From NCBI GenBank assembly GCA_030324005.1, contig JARDVH010000163.1, positions 57,205,677 through 57,269,676 of the forward strand: a DNA stretch of 64,000 nucleotides, written 5' to 3'. This DNA is from Negaprion brevirostris (taxonomy: Eukaryota). Under the pieces are notes generated by a model that worked only from the letters and a program-made list of their open reading frames with translations, did not search any database and was not told the DNA's origin. A program made the translations under genes and the position numbers. Each line of letters starts with the position of its first letter. The stretch's first letter is position 1. Positions 10,926 to 23,405 of this stretch are shown here, in pieces.

Positions 10926-11523
10926 TGTTGACAGGACAAAAGACCNNNNNNNNNNNNNNNNNNNNNNNNNNNNNNNNNNNNNNNNNNNNNNNNNNNNNNN
11001 NNNNNNNNNNNNNNNNNNNNNNNNNNNNNNNNNNNNNNNNNNNNNNNNNNNNNNNNNNNNNNNNNNNNNNNNNNNNNNNNNNNNNNNNNNNNNNNNNNNN
11101 NNNNNNNNNNNNNNNNNNNNNNNNNNNNNNNNNNNNNATTCCAGTTCAAGGTTAAGTAACCTGAAGAGTGACTGTCACTAAAACCAGGAATTGATCAGAA
11201 CACAATGGCTATTAGTGCTCCTTGGAAACTGTGGACAAAATACTCTCATAAACTCCATGAAACAAGTCCACATATTGAACTCCGCACTGGGATAGAAAGA
11301 GGGCTCAAGAGATGATATCTTCCCATATCAAGAACCATCCATTGCACTTGATCAGCACACAACACAAATTTTGACCATTCTCATTTTAATAAGAGCTCTG
11401 CTAATTAATAAAATTATTTTTTCTCCAAATATGCTGCTAATTGTCAGGCTTCAAGGTTCTTAAAAATTCAAGTGGTTATAAACAAACTGAGTTCAATTTA
11501 TAGGGGAGTGGAACAGAGATAGT

Positions 11524-11650
11524 GGGTGGGATTTTACAGCCTTGCTCATCCCAAAACCATAAAATCCCACAATAGGTCACCGGACCTTTCTATTGGCTGC
11601 CCCTCCACCACTCCGATTCCCATGGCGGGTGGGACGATAAAATTTTGGTC
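11524..11650. mobile_element. MITE with imperfect TIRs and 3-bp TSD (AGT)
   Basis: 'agt|gggtgggatttta...taaaattttggtc|agt'. Confidence 0.65.
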
Positions 11651-11653
11651 AGT

Positions 11654-11775
11654 GTTTCAGGTCAATGACTTTTTGTCAGAATGTGTAACATTAACTTTCC
11701 ACAAATATTGCCAGACCTGCTGAATATTTTCAGCACTTTGTTTTTATTTCAGGCCTCCAACATCTGCCCAAGTTT
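11654..11775 (+). mobile_element. Penelope pLTR remnant
   Basis: 'gccagacctgctgaatattttcagcactttgtttttatttcag..tccaacatctgc'. Confidence 0.6.
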
Positions 11776-12254
11776 ATTTCTTGTTCTCCTTTGGAGAGTC
11801 AGACATTGTCAGCTTAGTCAATGACAGGGACAATGATTAAGTGAAGGTGAACAGTAAAACACTTGACAAAATGACAAGGATGTGCTAATGGCTTTATTAC
11901 CAACCATCAATCACCTCAAAGCAGAGGCCAAAATGGAAATGAATGCCAACAGCAATAACTCTGGTAGCTTCAATCTCTACAGCTCTTTTTACATGCAGCA
12001 TTTTTGCTCTCAATGCATGTCATCTCTATCGTCCTTAAATGCGTTGGGTACAGCACTCGTCACACAAAATTAAGGCTATTGCAAAATGCACTCTTTTAGT
12101 GAGGGAAGGCAGTCCCATTCACATGTAACACTGTGGTCTGAATTATGCCCACATTTTCAAAAAGTGAAACACATTTCATTTTTTTCTTCTCACTCTAAAA
12201 CAACTATTTAAGTGATGAAGCCAAAGGGAACCTGTGCTCTCACCGTTTACTTGC

Positions 12255-13088
12255 TTTGCTGAAGCACCTGCCTCTAGTCTCCTCAACCCTAAGCTCTGGA
12301 ATGCTTTCTCCAATCTGCATTGCCTCACCATAGTGCTCTCCTTATTTAAGATGGCCTTCAAAACCTACTTCCTTGACTATTCTTTAGTCTGTTAGTTTAA
12401 TTTGCTACTCTTCTCCCATTCTTGTAGTCCTTTGGCCTTCCACACTGTTCTCAAGAAGCCTATTGTAAGCTCAAGGAACAGCATCTAACCTTTCCATTCG
12501 GCATTGAATACATATCCAAACTCAACATTTAGTTCAACAATTTCAGAACATAACCCCTGCTCCCATATTGTTCTTTTTTTTGATTTTTGTTTTTAGTTGG
12601 TAATGTTGGTAATAATTCTGCTTTCCCAGTTAAATCTCCTCTTGCACAGCTTTTGTTTCTTGACATGCTCCATTCTTGCCCCTTTTTGCCTTGCATCAAA
12701 AACATCCCTTTTGTCATTTAATCCCACCGGTCTCCAACCTGCCACAGAACTATTCTTTGGTTCTTCTCCACCTCTATACATGTTTTTCACTTGTCACATT
12801 CTCTTAATTGTTTTCCAATTCCAATTATCTGGATTATTAATCTGAAATGTTAACTCTGTTTCACTCTCTACAGTTGCTGCCAGATTTTTTCCAGCACCTT
12901 CTGCTTTTATTTCAGATTTCCAGCATCCACAATATTTTGCTTTCCTTTCTGGACCAAGTGCCTGGTTGCCTAAACCAAAGTTTTCTTCTTTGGTCTGTTG
13001 CACACTTTTGTCCCGATTATGCTCCTGTGAAGTACCTTGGGACATCTTAGGTTAAGGATGCTAAATAAATGCAAGTCATTGTTGTTGG
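12255..13088 (+). mobile_element. L2 3' end interrupted by a Penelope fragment
   Basis: L2 motifs 'ccctaagctctggaat', 'ccttcaaaacctacttccttgac' resume after 12945 with 'gctcctgtgaagtaccttgggacat...taaatgcaagtcattgttgttg'. Confidence 0.7.
12420..12943 (+). mobile_element. Penelope-like element 3' fragment
   Basis: 'aagctcaaggaacagcatcta...ctcaacatttagttcaacaatttcaga' (decayed KLEEQHL..LNIEFNNFR) and pLTR 'ttttatttcagatttccagcatccacaatattttgcttt'. Confidence 0.75.
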
Positions 13089-14574
13089 ACTTGTTTCCAT
13101 TTCAATTCTCATAACCCTGACAGTCAACACTGATTGCAATGGAGACTCATTGGCATTCCAACTGTGAGTCATCTTTTACAATTGTATCATTCATGAAATT
13201 AAATAGTTTTGAATTCCCCAACATTTGGTACTTCAACTCTCTCCAGAACACCCAACAAATCACAGTCCCTCTTTATTTTAGCCTCCCAAATGATTTATGC
13301 CTAATGTACTAATTTCACAGCCATCCGAGTCAAAACTTAATTTTTATTACACACTTTTATTGTGGCTGGGGGAATCAAATTTCACTCATTTATAATTATG
13401 TCTGCTGTTTATGGTGATTAAGTGTCAAATTTGATTTTGATGTATGGGAGTTTCAGCAAACAGCTCCCCAAACCATTAATTCTCTCAGATGTCCATCCTC
13501 TACACCTCTCAATCTTGAGGCAAGCTTCTCAATCACCCAACAAATCAAGTTGACTGAATCCCAGTTGTTGGCAATGTTCTAGTCGGTATGTCTACACCTT
13601 GTGTTCATCTGGTGTTCCTTCTGAGAAGCATCAAAGATCTCCATGATTGCTACGCATTTCTTCGGGGTTTTCATTTAATGCAGGTGCACAGTCTCAAAAC
13701 TGGCAACTCTGGCACTGAGGCTTTGCCGGATTTCAGATTTTGCCTGATTTTGATTTGGGTGGTTTGGGCCATGGGCAATTCAGGTCAAGATAGTCAGGCG
13801 GGTTCAAAGGTAGCTTGCAGCACAGGAATGAGACTGGCACACAACCAGCAAAGGGGATACTAGTCAGGTGTCACAACATGCCAATGCAGTGCCTATCCAA
13901 ATTATCTAGAAAAGTTATTTATTTAAAATTGAAGCATTGTAAACATGTCCAGTTTCCAGAGAACTCGAGTTTTTGAACAGCTGGATTCGAGACACTGTGC
14001 TGTATTTATTTTTGAGAAGATTATGTTTTAACAATCTAGCTGACCAGTTCTGTGATATATTTCTATTGGGAGTTTGGGGTGCATACTGTTCCTTTACAAG
14101 TGTGGGCTATGTGACCCCTGAGATGGGCTAAACTCCTCCCAGCGTGGAACCCGGTTAAGCAGTCTAGGATTTGACTGTGGAACAGTGCATACCTATAATA
14201 GAGTTCCCCAGTGTTTACGTTACAAGGCCTACTTTGTGGTTCTTGCATCTCGCTTTGATAAGTACATACATAATAAGTACTAAACACTCCTTCGATACAG
14301 CACACAATACTTTCTTTTCCAATGAATTAAAGGGTAAAACCAAAAGCCTATGAAATAGGCGTCACACTGTATCACTCCAAGCACAGCATAGTGTTGCTTA
14401 AAATGTTCATGTTTCCATCAGCATTCCGGATCCATGGAAAGCACCTCTTGCAACTTGCACCTAACAAAGACAAGTCCATATGTATGTGTGTTAGATATGG
14501 GGTTATTAGCTTAACGAAAATCCAATTACAACTTATATCTAATAGTAATTGGATTTTCGAGCACATATGTCAAG

Positions 14575-15450
14575 GCCATTCAACCCAGTACAGAGCGTCC
14601 CAATGCCTCAATTTATGGATTCACCATGTGACAGGAGGCGAGTCAACCAGCTTAACAAGGTCCTAGGTTTTATCCTTAGTCTGTGCTTTTTTAATCGCTC
14701 TCAATCAGGACAGTGATAGAGACGTCAGAGGTGGTTTCAACAATTTGGATTCAGGAGCAAATAAAATCAGCTAGGCTTCACCGCACTGTAGCAATCCTCA
14801 AGGGTAAATGCACCTGCAATGTTGTGTGAAAAAAGAAAGACTTGCAATTCTATTATGCTTTTCACAATCTCAGGACAACACAATGTGCCTTTACAGCTAA
14901 ACAGAATCTTTTGACATGCGGTCCTGATTGTAACCGTGGAAGTGCAGCTGGCAATTTGTGCACTGCAAGATCCCAATGGTAGCAAAATGTGATAATGACG
15001 AGATCATCTGTTTCAGTGTTGTTGGTTAAGGGATAAAATATTTGCCTGGACACTGTGGAGAAAGAATTCCCTTGCTCTTCTCTGAAGTCGTACCATGGAA
15101 TCTTTTATGTTCATTTGAGGAGGCAGGAGCTGTTTAACATTTCATCTGAAAGATGTCACCTCCAACAATGTCGCAATCCCTCTGCACTGTGCTAAAGTGT
15201 CAGGCTAGATTTTGTGCTCTAATCTCTGGAGTGGGACTTGACCCAACAACTTAAGAATGAAGTTCACTGCCAACTGAGCCACAGCTGACGTCGTAAGCTG
15301 GATCAAGCTCAGCTGTGGTGCCCTTAACCGTCAAAGAACTGGTCATAACATGACCGTCCTGGCATGTTGGGCAGTATGAAGAATGACTGCCCAATCATGA
15401 GGTACCACCTACAGGAGTGAGAGCAAGACAGGGGGAAAAAATGGCATGTA
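14575..15450 (+). mobile_element. AmnSINE2-like ancient SINE split by a DeuSINE insertion
   Basis: 5' part 'aggtcctaggttttatccttagtctgtgct...aaatcagctagg' and 3' part 'gctcagctgtggtgccc...atgaagaatgactgccc..gaggtacc' flank 14836-15292; family name is from recall. Confidence 0.5.
14836..15292 (-). mobile_element. DeuSINE (SacSINE1-type), near full length
   Basis: Reverse complement of Deu domain 'gggataaaatatttgcctggacac...cttgctcttctc..gtaccatggaatctttta', head 'gagtgggacttgaccc...caactgagccac' and L2-like tail 'aagacttgca'. Confidence 0.85.
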
Positions 15451-15829
15451 AAGAAATCGCTTGAAAAAAAAATGTAGGCGTGCACTTCATGGCAGCAGAC
15501 ATTTGTTCAGATCAAGCTGCTGAGCTTTATACAGGATTACCACAGGCAGTTTTATATTTAAAATGGTAATGGGGTAAACAGAACGCAATGAGTTTTGTGC
15601 ACATAGTGTGAATAAATTGAGATTATCCACAGTACACAGGTCTCAGTACCTTATCTGTTGATGCATTTACCAACTGTGAAGAGAATTTCTACATTTTATT
15701 TGAGTCAAGTATCTATCTATTGATAGCAATATCTATATTAATACACAATCTAAGCAAAACAAGGTATCTGGTACACATTCTCTGTCCATTGCCCCAAAAG
15801 TTGTCACTTTAAAGTAAGCTTAAGTGTTG

Positions 15830-16005
15830 AACAACTCCTGCCCTCTCAGGTGAATGTAAAAGATTCCATGGTACTACTTCAAAGGAGAGCAGGGGAGTTC
15901 TTTCTCCCCAGGGTCCAGGCAAATAATTTATCCCTTAACCAACAACATTGAAACAGATGATCTGATCATTATCACTTTGCTAGTATTGGAATCTTGCAGT
16001 GCACA
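15830..16005 (+). mobile_element. DeuSINE Deu-domain fragment
   Basis: 'ctctcaggtgaatgtaaaagattccatggtactacttcaaaggagagcaggggagttc...tttatcccttaaccaac'. Confidence 0.85.
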
Positions 16006-17327
16006 AAAGTAAAATATGAAGCCTGCCATCAAATGAGAATACTTTAGTTGGCAAAAGAGACAGAATGTCTTCAACCTAGAACTGACCTCAGCAATTGCAC
16101 TTTGAAGAAACACAGAGGCTTGCAGCTGGAAGATCAATTAAGTTATAAGCCTCACCCAGTGTTTATTCAACAGCAGCAAGGCTATTTATTGCCTTGAAGG
16201 AATACGGCTTCATCTCGGCAGCAGCATAATCCATGGCATATTTGCGCCCCTTAAAAAAGTATATCCTTTGAGTTGCATGAGCAACACCGTAGGATCTGTC
16301 AACACATAAAAATATCTTGTTGCCAGTGCATGACTGTGATACTCAAGATATCAAAAACTGCTCCAGAGGGACAACAATCAAAAATCGAAAATTGAGTCTT
16401 TTATTCTGGATTTAGTGAGTTGCAGTCTGAATCTACATTAAAGTTGTTGATCTTCAATTTAATTAAATTACTCTATGAATAGTTATAATTACCTAGATAT
16501 GCCCAAGAGGTAGCATTAAATGGACAGGCCAGATGAGCAACTAGCTATCATAAAGTTCCAGACCCCAGGCTGCCCATGAGCAAATTTCACAAACTCAAGT
16601 CTACACTGAGAATTATACCCTCTGTTTTACTATCTCCTGTCAACCGACATCAAGTTCTATTGGGCACAGTTTCTNNNNNNNNNNNNNNNNNNNNNNNNNN
16701 NNNNNNNNNNNNNNNNNNNNNNNNNNNNNNNNNNNNNNNNNNNNNNNNNNNNNNNNNNNNNNNNNNNNNNNNNNNNNNNNNNNNNNNNNNNNNNNNNNNN
16801 NNNNNNNNNNNNNNNNNNNNNNNNNNNNNNNNNNNNNNNNNNNNNNNNNNNNNNNNNNNNNNNNNNNNNNNNNNNNNNNNNNNNNNNNNNNNNNNNNNNN
16901 NNNNNNNNNNNNNNNNNNNNNNNNNNNNNNNNNNNNNNNNNNNNNNNNNNNNNNNNNNNNNNNNNNNNNNNNNNNNNNNNNNNNNNNNNNNNNNNNNNNN
17001 NNNNNNNNNNNNNNNNNNNNNNNNNNNNNNNNNNNNNNNNNNNNNNNNNNNNNNNNNNNNNNNNNNNNNNNNNNNNNNNNNNNNNNNNNNNNNNNNNNNN
17101 NNNNNNNNNNNNNNNNNNNNNNNNNNNNNNNNNNNNNNNNNNNNNNNNNNNNNNNNNNNNNNNNNNNNNNNNNNNNNNNNNNNNNNNNNNNNNNNNNNNN
17201 NNNNNNNNNNNNNNNNNNNNNNNNNNNNNNNNNNNNNNNNNNNNNNNNNNNNNNNNNNNNNNNNNNNNNNNNNNNNNNNNNNNNNNNNNNNNNNNNNNNN
17301 NNNNNNNNNNNNNNNNNNNNNNNNNNN

Positions 17328-17481
17328 ACCATTAGTCTGTAAATTGAGTTTGTGTCTTTATATGCCCTGTTTGTGAACATAACTCCCACTTATGATGAAG
17401 GAGCAGCACTCTGAAAGTTTGTGGCTTGTGCTACCAAATAAACCTGTTGGACTTTAACCTGATGTTGTGAGACTTCTTACT
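17328..17481 (+). mobile_element. Penelope-like element pLTR (second family; rest lies in gap)
   Basis: 'tgatgaaggagcagcactctgaaag...ccaaataaacctgttggactttaacctg.tgttgtgagacttcttact', same as 59955-60037. Confidence 0.75.
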
Positions 17482-17625
17482 TAGGTTGATTGGCCATGTT
17501 AGATTGACCCTAGTGCCCGGGAATTAAGAGGGTAAATATGTGGGGTATAGGAATGTGGCCTAGGTGGGATTGTGGTTGGTGCAGACTCGGTGGATCGAGT
17601 GTCGTCCTTCTGCAATACAGGGACG
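17482..17625 (+). mobile_element. HE1 V-SINE 3' half
   Basis: 'taggttgattggccatg...gggtaaatatgtgggg...gcagactcggtgg'. Confidence 0.8.
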
Positions 17626-17790
17626 CTATCTCACTCTCCTTTTTTTAAAGATGTTCCTTAACACCTACTTCTTTGACCAAGCTCTGGTCACCTGCTCTAA
17701 TATCTCCTTCTTTGGCTTAATACTAATAGTTGTCAGATTATTCTCGCCAGATGTTTCACTGCGTTAAAGGCAGTATATACATGCAAGTTA
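17626..17790 (+). mobile_element. L2 3' end
   Basis: 'ttcttaacacctacttctttgaccaagct...gcgttaaaggcagtatatacatgcaagt'. Confidence 0.7.
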
Positions 17791-18079
17791 TTCTTAAGTG
17801 CAAGTCAGATGTGACATAACAATGCAGTTTTTTTTTCCCTGCAGCTTTACAAGCAAGACAAGATGCAAAACAAACTTGTAGGAATCCCTAAACATGAGAG
17901 TCTTTGATCTCATTATGGCTGAAGACTGCTCCTTCTATTACAGCATGCAATGGAAGTGGAAATACTGCAGATTTGCTCTCAAATGATACGAGCAAAAATG
18001 AAAACCTTTTGGCCCCAGACATTGTGAACTCTTCCAGCTGTATTTCAGTGATACAACACTGTATTAAAGGCATAATACC

Positions 18080-18385
18080 AACATACATACAAACAATCGT
18101 AAGCCATTCAGCCCCTTGAACCTGTTCTACCATCCAATAAGATCATAGCCGATCTGATTTTGGCCTTAGGTCCACATTCCGCTGACCCCCAATAATGTTT
18201 GGCTCCCTAGTTAGCCAAGAATCTCTCTACTTGTGCCTTCAAAATATTCATGAATCCTGTCTCCATTGCTCTCTGGGGAAGATACTGCCAAAGACACTCA
18301 AACCTCAGAGAAAAAGTTTCTTTTCATCTCCATCTTAAATGGGAAATCCCTTATTTTTAAATGGTGTGCCTTAGTTCTAGCAGTG
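18080..18385 (-). mobile_element. CR1 LINE 3' fragment
   Basis: 'gccattcagccccttgaacctgttctaccatccaataagatcatagccgatctg...ctcagagaaaaagtttcttttcatctcc'. Confidence 0.8.
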
Positions 18386-18484
18386 TTATCCCACATGCCC
18401 ACAAAATTAATAAAAAACCCTATTTCACAGTTTCTGGTTATATTCAATCAGCTATGGAATAAACAGGAATCCTTGAACTCAGCC

Positions 18485-18697
18485 TGTCGTGATTATCCCT
18501 TTAAGGGCAACACAGAAGCGTAAGGGTAACCTGGCCTGGGTGACCAGTCAGGACTCAGATTGGGGAATTGCCCCACAGGGAGGAGTTCTCCTAGGCAGAG
18601 GCATTTTAGATCTGGCTGTAAACATGCTGCTGTTCTTGAAGATCATTTAACAAATCCCCTTTTTGTTTGCTATTTAAATCTCTGAAAATGCATCATC
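18485..18697 (+). mobile_element. Possible solo LTR
   Basis: About 210 bp, begins TG ('tgtcgtgattatccctttaaggg') and ends CA; no clear TSD. Confidence 0.3.
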
Positions 18698-20380
18698 AGC
18701 AGAATATGGAGCTAAGGCCAAAAGTGCACCATCACACAGTTATAGTGTCATTATTTCCAAAGTGATCATTTCCCAACTCCAATACTAGCACGACTCAGTG
18801 ACAACCTCATCATTGAGGTCAGGAACGGCACGCTGTACATTGCATGGACTTCTGATCAATGTGACACTTTCTCTGCAGTCTTCTTTTATTGATCACAGTG
18901 GCTTTTTCAAAATGACTTTTGAAGCATTTATCAAACTTCATTTGCTTCGGACACTCTTTTTGATAAACTCCCACAGACAAGAGTAGGTATTAATTGTTCA
19001 AAGAAGAACAAAATACCACGACCAAACACCACCTTCTGATGGGCCTCTCTACCTTTTATAATACATCCATTCAATTAGTCAGTTATTAAGCTCAGAGACA
19101 GATTGCAATCTCTTTTAGAGAACAGTGACTTCACAACAATCATTTTGTTCAGCTTTTGGGCTCATTTCTGATCAAAATGCAGATAATACAAATTGAGACT
19201 GAAACCTTCAAATCAATAAGGTCATTTTCCTCATTTCTAAGACCAGTTAACCGTCTACATTTCCAGTGTTTAGACAGACATCTGACATTCAACACTGTGC
19301 GACAGAGGTTCATTCACTTCCATGAGCACAAGTGCACGTCTCATTCCAAATAGCACGAGTAAAAGGAGAGGGTGACGGATCAGTTTCACGTTTAAATTCT
19401 GCTCTTTAGGCATCAGGAAAGAGTCTTTTTGCCAGTTCTAATATTTCTTCATCTGCCTTCCCCACTGGTTCTAAAGTAAGCCTGTCATTAGCAGCTCAAA
19501 CTTCCAGGCACCACTAAGCTGGGAGGCAAATAATTCTTCTGGGGTCGGCCGAGACCTCAGCCGAGCTTTCACATTAAAATGAGGCTGACTTCTTACTGCG
19601 ATCCAACTAACACAGTCTGAATGAGAACTGAAAGCCCTACACCCCTTCAGTGTCCCACGACATTCTATTGGTGCACAAGGCCCAGTGCTTCCAAGCCATC
19701 AATAGGGAAATTGACATCTGTGATTTAAAGGTTGCTGGAGGGGAGAGTCGGCATTTACAACTGTGCAGCACAGATCATGTCAAACGTGCTGTTGTCAGTT
19801 CAGTGCTAATTAAAGAGACAGCCATGCCCAACACAGCATGGGTTGCAGTCAGGGTCAGTAAACTGGTTTCCTGAAACCCACCACCAATTAAATCATGAGG
19901 GTAAAACGAATGAGCTTGGAAAATGTCATCATGGGATAACTGGTTACCTTTGCCATTGAGTAAAAACGTCCATCTATTTTCACCAATCTGCATATTCTCC
20001 TATTCCGAATGGGTTGTGACATTGATATTTCAATAAACATGATGAGGGAACAAAGCTGAAGCCATGAAAAGTTTCTTACTAGTTCGGTTGGGATATGGAG
20101 TGAACTGGGGCCCTACAGATCTGGAAGAAATCTCGGCTCTGCCCGAGTTGGCCTTACTTTGGCCGGGTCATGGAGCGGACACTACAATCGCTCACATTGT
20201 ATTGGAAAAGGAATTGATGAAAGGGTCAGAGTGAGCCTGCAGATTATCAGTTACTCTTGGACTGCAATCAGAAGCTTGGCCTCCCCTCAACTAAGAGCGC
20301 ACGTAGAAAAGACTTTCATTCACTTAATACTGATGTGAGTAAGGCACTGAACATTATCCCCAACTCAACTCCAGTAGGTT

Positions 20381-20659
20381 TTTTAGTTTATTTATTAGTG
20401 TCACGAGCAGGCTTACATTTACATTGCAATAAAGCTGCTTTGCCGTTTGGGTACACTGAGGGAGAATTTAGCACGGCCAATGCCCTTAACCAGCACTTCT
20501 TTTGGACTATGGGAGGAAACAGGAGCAACTGGAGGAAACCCATGTAGACATGGGGAGAACATGTAGACTTCACACAGACAGTGGTCCAAGCTGGGAATCG
20601 AACCCAGGTCCCTGGTGCTGTAAGGCAGCAGTGCTAATCACTGTGCCACCATGCTGCCC
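20381..20659 (-). mobile_element. V-SINE variant: HE1 head and V-domain with a non-CR1 tail
   Basis: Head and V-domain as in HE1; tail reverse complement reads 'aatgtaagcctgctcgtgacactaataaataaact', as at 34232-34520. Confidence 0.88.
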
Positions 20660-20838
20660 ATAAGTAAGGAGTTGAGGTCTACATTCTAGAAATAAGGATT
20701 TTCGTGTCCCAATCTTGCATTCAACTGCATACACTGTCACTACCGGAGATCCGAGACTTGATCTTGTTCATGCCCAAGAACAAATTAATTACTGAGAGTT
20801 TTGGTCATGTGAGGAGTGTATATATTGTGATACATAAA

Positions 20839-20976
20839 GGGTGGGATTCTCTGGTGTCATCATGGTGGGACCCATTGCCAGTGAGAAAGGAAAATTTGGC
20901 ATTCCAGCCAAATCTCCATTCACTCTTAATGACACCGGAAAATCCCAGCCACGAACAAGGACAAGAAATTTCGGCC
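20839..20976. mobile_element. ~137-bp MITE (family with 26359-26494 and 35316-35434)
   Basis: Shared core 'aatttggc...cagccaaatctccattcact...aatcccag'; termini 'gggtgggattctc' and 'gaaatttcggcc'. Confidence 0.75.
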
Positions 20977-23087
20977 AATGTTTTGCCAATGTGTAGAACA
21001 TGATGGATGGAGCAAAAGGGTCTTTTCCAATCCATCATTATCCATATCTCAAATACTTCCAACAACCTCGATAAACAAATTGAGCAGAAATTTAGTAAAA
21101 CATTAAAAGTAGATCAATATAAGAAAGAAAAAGTGACAGAATACAAATTGAAAATGGTGCATGTAATCTCTGGCAAAATCCCACCTTTCTCTTTCCCTTT
21201 TCTGCCTCATCAAAATACTTCCGTGTTGCTCTTCACCTCCCCAACCCTCAGCATTGACAGCCTGCAGTAAGAATCATGTTTCCTACAACCTTACAGATTT
21301 CTGAAATACCATGTAGAGGGAGATGAGGATACATTGGAAACAAATGTTAAATCAGCCTAGACAGAGTAAGCCCCATGATTGAGAGTCAAGAGGAGGTTAC
21401 TTATCTTTCAAAGGACAGCCTTTTCTCTGAGAGGAATAATGAATGCCTGGAGCTAGCTGCCCATTCCGGGTATGCCATTCTTTTCACAGTAACTGCATCT
21501 TTAAAGGGAACTCTAGAATTCTCTGACCTTGGAGTGATTCTTAACACTTCAGACATGTTCTAAGAATTAACGATTAAAGTTAGTAGCCGAGTAGCAGCAG
21601 AATTCCGACAGAATAAATTCTGACATTTTACAAAGGGTTTGAGGATAGTTTGGGTGTGCACATGGGAATGAGGTGCCTCCACCTGTCTGGGGACCTATGC
21701 TAAGTCTCTGTCTTTACAGCCTGATCAGGGTGCTGGGATTTGATCTAACCCACCTTTGCTAGGTTACCCAAACAAATGTGTGGGAGTTGCATAGGNNNNN
21801 NNNNNNNNNNNNNNNNNNNNNNNNNNNNNNNNNNNNNNNNNNNNNNNNNNNNNNNNNNNNNNNNNNNNNNNNNNNNNNNNNNNNNNNNNNNNNNNNNNNN
21901 NNNNNNNNNNNNNNNNNNNNNNNNNNNNNNNNNNNNNNNNNNNNNNNNNNNNNNNNNNNNNNNNNNNNNNNNNNNNNNNNNNNNNNNNNNNNNNNNNNNN
22001 NNNNNNNNNNNNNNNNNNNNNNNNNNNNNNNNNNNNNNNNNNNNNNNNNNNNNNNNNNNNNNNNNNNNNNNNNNNNNNNNNNNNNNNNNNNNNNNNNNNN
22101 NNNNNNNNNNNNNNNNNNNNNNNNNNNNNNNNNNNNNNNNNNNNNNNNNNNNNNNNNNNNNNNNNNNNNNNNNNNNNNNNNNNNNNNNNNNNNNNNNNNN
22201 NNNNNNNNNNNNNNNNNNNNNNNNNNNNNNNNNNNNNNNNNNNNNNNNNNNNNNNNNNNNNNNNNNNNNNNNNNNNNNNNNNNNNNNNNNNNNNNNNNNN
22301 NNNNNNNNNNNNNNNNNNNNNNNNNNNNNNNNNNNNNNNNNNNNNNNNNNNNNNNNNNNNNNNNNNNNNNNNNNNNNNNNNNNNNNNNNNNNNNNNNNNN
22401 NNNNNNNNNNNNNNNNNNNNNNNNNNNNNNNNNNNNNNNNNNNNNNNNNNNNNNNNNNNNNNNNNNNNNNNNNNNNNNNNNNNNNNNNNNNNNNNNNNNN
22501 NNNNNNNNNNNNNNNNNNNNNNNNNNNNNNNNNNNNNNNNNNNNNNNNNNNNNNNNNNNNNNNNNNNNNNNNNNNNNNNNNNNNNNNNNNNNNNNNNNNN
22601 NNNNNNNNNNNNNNNNNNNNNNNNNNNNNGCAAACTTTACCACCATTTTGAATACTGCACCAGACACATCTTTTTTTAAAGTTTCTCCCCTGCAATTCTG
22701 CAGGCCTTGACGCTTGCTTGGCTTCAGTTTGAGGCTGGCTACTCCAGTTGGAGAGATCCTTGGAGGCCGCATGACATGCCCTCTAACCATCCCACGCACA
22801 GGTTTATGTCATTTGTCATGTGACAAATCCATTCTCACAATGTACTGCCTTCCCATGCCAACTTGGAAAGCAAAGTACTGTTGGTAGAAGGGCGAGGGAG
22901 GGGGAATGACACTTCTTAACCCGATTAACCCCAATAAATGCTTGGGTCAGATGGGATATCAACATTTTAAAAATCTCAAACTGGACCCCAATCTGCCAAT
23001 TTCCTAGTTTAAAAGGAGACGGCACTAGGAGAGGGGGAGAACTAACCTTCTTTCACAGATATTACAGTCATTGAATTGAAAATAAAA

Positions 23088-23405
23088 GCAGGCATGGTGG
23101 TACAGTGGTTAGCACTGCTGCCTCACAGCTCCAGGGACCTGGGTTCCAGCCTTGGGTGACTGTCTGCATGGAGTTTGCACATTCTATGTCTGTATGTGGG
23201 TTTCCTCTGGGTGCTCCGATTTCCTCCCACACTTCAAAGATTTGCAGGTTAGGTGGATTGTCCATGCTAATTTGACTCTGTAGGTTAGATGGTAAATGTG
23301 TGGGGTTACAGAGATAGGGCAGGCGAACGAATCTGAGTAAGGTACTCTGTCAGAAAGTCAGTGCAGATTCGATGGGCCTAATGGCCACTTCTGCACTGTA
23401 GGGCT
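23088..23405 (+). mobile_element. HE1-type V-SINE, full length
   Basis: 'gcatggtggtacagtggttagcactgctgcctcacagctccagggacc...gcagattcgatgggcctaatggccacttctgcactgtaggg'. Confidence 0.92.

Noticed and set aside
17831-18070. Strong acceptor 'ttttttccctgcag' as the start of a coding exon
   Set aside because: All three frames reach a stop within about 65 nt and no convincing donor precedes them
16576-22799. Long ORFs of 200-350 aa (16576-17389, 21745-22799, also 41779-42405 and 61768-62184)
   Set aside because: They consist almost entirely of X residues from N-gaps
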